From Phoronis australis (lineage: Eukaryota > Animalia > Phoronida): a stretch of DNA of 64,000 nt. Below are positions 60,634 to 64,000 of this stretch, one piece after another. Location of the stretch: contig NMRA01000014.1 in NCBI GenBank assembly GCA_002633005.1, forward strand, positions 87,150 through 151,149, written 5' to 3'. The first letter of the stretch is position 1; each line of letters starts with the position of its first letter. A program made the position numbers and the translations under genes. The notes below the pieces were generated by a model that searched no databases, was not told the origin of the DNA, and saw nothing but the letters and a program-made list of their open reading frames with translations.

Positions 60634-62193
60634 CTGAAAAACATACCAGTGCTGTTTTTTCTAAAAACACTTTATTTAACTTTTCTAGTTGCAATACATG
60701 TTCTACGGAGCATATAGTTTTGGTAAAATATACACTTTAGGACATTGAAAGAGTATATGGTGAGAATGACATGATTACTCTATTAAGTAATATACAGTCA
60801 ATGCCATGTAAATATACATTACAAATCTGAACTATGGCTCCTGAAATATAATACCATGTTTAAGAAAGGACTTCTCGAATCAATAGTTTCTTATGACATT
60901 GACAGAAATTGCTGCCCACAAAACAGAACAAATTATACATGAATAGTCCTTGGGGACATTCAGTACAATCTGATAAGGAAATAACAGAGCCATTAACACT
61001 GAATACTGGACTCTTTATTCATCAACACATTTGTGACCTTACAACTGCTAAACAGCTCAAAAAGAACAAGATCTGCTGAAGTGCCTAGGGACACAATTTG
61101 CTATCACATCTACTTGTTATTAGCCTTAAACCTGCATAGCACTACATAGGACAATCGTGGATTCAAGCTTAAATATGAGAAACCAAAGAAAAAAATCGAA
61201 ATAATTCTAATGTCAAAATCATTGAAGCTATGTGTCTGGGCATGGCATAAAAATGCCTCAGTGGCTAATAACTGATTGACCACTTCCTTCTCCATATGTC
61301 ACCAAGTGTAATCAACACTCATATCTCAACAGCATTATATGTCAGTGACTACGCAAGCCACAATTAAACAGGTGATTTTGATGGACAAATGGACCCCACG
61401 TATTAAAATTAACATGCATCATAACTAATTTAACGTGACAAAGTGATTAAATAAATCAGACAAGGCGGTGGTGACGGTGGTGGGTAGAAGTGACAAACAT
61501 GGCATTCAAGTGGCACAAACGTGGGAATAGAATCATTTTTGCATTACTTTAAAAAAATGATAAACTTTAAGAATTCAAAAATACGGACAATAACAAAGAA
61601 ATTCATTGTATAACTTGACATTTTGTTTTAATTAAATCTTAAGCATCTTCAGGAGAGTAAAGCATAAGCATCAAGTGTTACAATAGAAAGTCACTCAGTT
61701 GAAACACACAACAGCTAATAGCAGGATAGGCCAAACAAAGATAATATCATGGTAATCATTGGTTTTGGTCTATGTTATTTATGGTGCAGTTTGTTTAATT
61801 GTCCATTTTCTCCCAAAAAAGTTTGAGGTCTGGACTGAAATTGATGAAAATGACCAGCTGTAAATAGTGAGGCACAGCTTTTAAAATGAGCTGCACTGCA
61901 GAATAGAATCAATTACAACTCTTTTTGGCCATACAATACCATACAATAGCTGCACGTTGAAAGAGGTCTGGTTGGCATTTGTTCAAACTTACCCGGTAGT
62001 TACTATCTGTAATTTCTTAAGTAATAATCTGAACGTCATTAGTAGCTATGATAACCTATTGTTTGTATCTCTCGTTGTGCACTGTGATTCAACTGGTGTC
62101 TTATTTGAACACAAGATCTTTTCTACAATTATCTGAAAATGCTTTTCAGTCAATAAAGCTATTTCTTTGTTATCGCTGTAACTTTTAATTCTT

Positions 62194-63180
62194 AAACAAG
62201 AGCAAAGCAGAGCGTTGAAATGTGCCGATGAATGCACCGCAAACGGTGTGCTTCTAGGAATTTCTATTTGTATCATAAAATGGCTACTGGATAGTGCAAA
62301 ATACGTCAAATCCATCCGAAAACAGGAACATGCCATCATTTCTTTAATAGAAAGCTATTTACCAATTTCCATAACAAGAGCAACGCAGAGCATTGAAAGG
62401 CGCCCACAAATACACTGCAAACAGTGCGCTTCTAGGGGTGTTTATTTGTATCATAAAAATGGCCACTAGATGGTGTAAAATACTTCATAAAACAGGAAAA
62501 TGTCACCGTTTTTAACAGAAAGCTATTCACCATATTTCATGAAAGTCCGTCAAGGGACTTTAGAGAAACAGAGGAAAAAAGGAAATTGTCACTAGTGGGC
62601 AGAGCATGTGTCGTCTGAAAATTGTCGTCTTCTGTTGTCGACTTCATATAAATACACTTCCTAAATTTAACAAAGATCCTGCAGAGGGCTTTGGAGATAC
62701 AGGTATGAGTGCAAAAAATGCCACTAGGAGGTGCACAATTGTTGAAGTCGTCGGACAATCATTGTCAATTGTCTTCATAGTAAGAAGTTACATGCCAGTT
62801 TTCACAATCATCCTTAGAGCAGTTTGGTTGATAGAGAGGCGGACTCGAAAACAGTAAAAATGGCCACTAGGTAGCGCAAAATACCTTGAATCCATCCAAA
62901 AACGAGATGCCTATGCGCTAAATTTCACAAAAATCCATTGAGGACATTTAGAGATAGAGGTAAACGTAAAAAAAATAAAACTGCCACTAGGGGGCACACC
63001 AGTAATCGAATCCGTCCGAAATTTGTCGTCATCTATCATCACCTTCATTGGAACCCATATGCCAAATTTCATTGAGATCCTGTTATGAGATACAACTGCG
63101 AACACCGGACGCCAGACACCCAGACGCCCATGCAGAGATGACGGCAATTTGCATCCAAATGTATGTGGACCCATAAAAAA
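62194..63180 (+). mobile_element. DINE/HINE-like repeat copy D (two AACAAGAGCAA starts)
   Basis: Collinear with copies A and B: AACAAGAGCAA...AAAATGGCCACTAG...GCCAAATTTCA...GAGATGACGGC...ATAAAAAA. Confidence 0.7.
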
Positions 63181-64000
63181 TACAGTGGTTGAAGACTCCC
63201 ATGGTCCCTAATTTTGCGACTAAAATTTATTCAACTTCTTTAAATTGGTGTATCATGTTTGGGATTTTGAAAAAAGGGAAAACCTAATAATATTTAACAA
63301 CATGAAATGCTGTAAACATTCTGGGGCATAAACCAACTGGGGCATAAACCAACTGGGACGTAAACATTTTTGTTTATGCCCATGCCTTACTTTCAAAAAT
63401 GTTCGGATGAAGTGCCCACCCTCCACTTTTAAGAATTTTTAATAAAGCTTGGACTGCTTAAGCTACCCACTATTCATAAATTGCTTCATTGGAAGTTGGT
63501 TTTCAAAACAGCAAGATGGGAAATTCAAATGAAGAAACCAGGTAAAGTTGAAGAAGTCTAGTCACAGCCACCTCCAGGGACATCTTATAGTCTGTGTCTT
63601 CTGCACTATTGAAACTGACACTGAGACTGTACACAGCCACAGACCCTCACTCTATGTTATAAACATTCATATGACAGATCAGTCATGGAAAACTAGCAGG
63701 TACTTTAACATGTATTTTCTCCTTTCTAAAGTTGCATTAGTATCTAATCCTATATACATGTCAGTTAGAGAGTGATGATTCAACTTTACATCAGCAACCA
63801 GCCATGTGGCAAATTCTTTGAACATTGGGTCGGGGTCTGTGAACATCCAGTTTGAAGGTCATGGGTGCCCTTAGTAACTATCTGCTTCAGGTTAAGCACC
63901 CATGTACCGATAAGCCCCGAACCCCAATTTCTGATTTAAGCACCCATCACTGGTTAAGTGCTCACACCCCATTTACAGGTCCACCAATTGAAGCACCCAG

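Noticed and set aside
60634-64000. Further upstream REV3L exons
   Set aside because: No segment encoding the expected preceding sequence (G R x x L N x W R-like) with valid splice sites was seen; it probably lies beyond the window.

Overview
AT-rich, intron-rich animal genomic DNA, probably a mollusc or other lophotrochozoan (8-Cys insulin-like peptide, abundant DINE/HINE-like repeats). I reconstructed four spliced genes by reading GT-AG junctions and checking frame continuity. (1) CENP-S/MHF1 on the minus strand: 4 coding exons, 138 aa. (2) Mitofusin on the plus strand: 17 coding exons, 767 aa, head-to-head with CENP-S across about 0.5 kb. (3) A molluscan insulin-related peptide (MIP/dilp7 type) precursor on the plus strand: 175 aa, with a TATA/Inr promoter. 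(4) The last 12 exons of REV3L (DNA polymerase zeta catalytic subunit) on the minus strand, tail-to-tail with the insulin gene and continuing beyond the window. Introns hold nested transposons (LINE remnants, HINE-like elements, MULE-, P- and Tc1/mariner-like non-autonomous elements), many minisatellites and one 890-nt assembly gap. I found no convincing new multi-gene system. The best leads are a duplicated decoy splice acceptor and candidate alternative terminal exons in mitofusin, an ERR-type element and a junction-spanning uORF at the shared CENP-S/mitofusin promoter, and the unusual processing layout of the insulin-like precursor.
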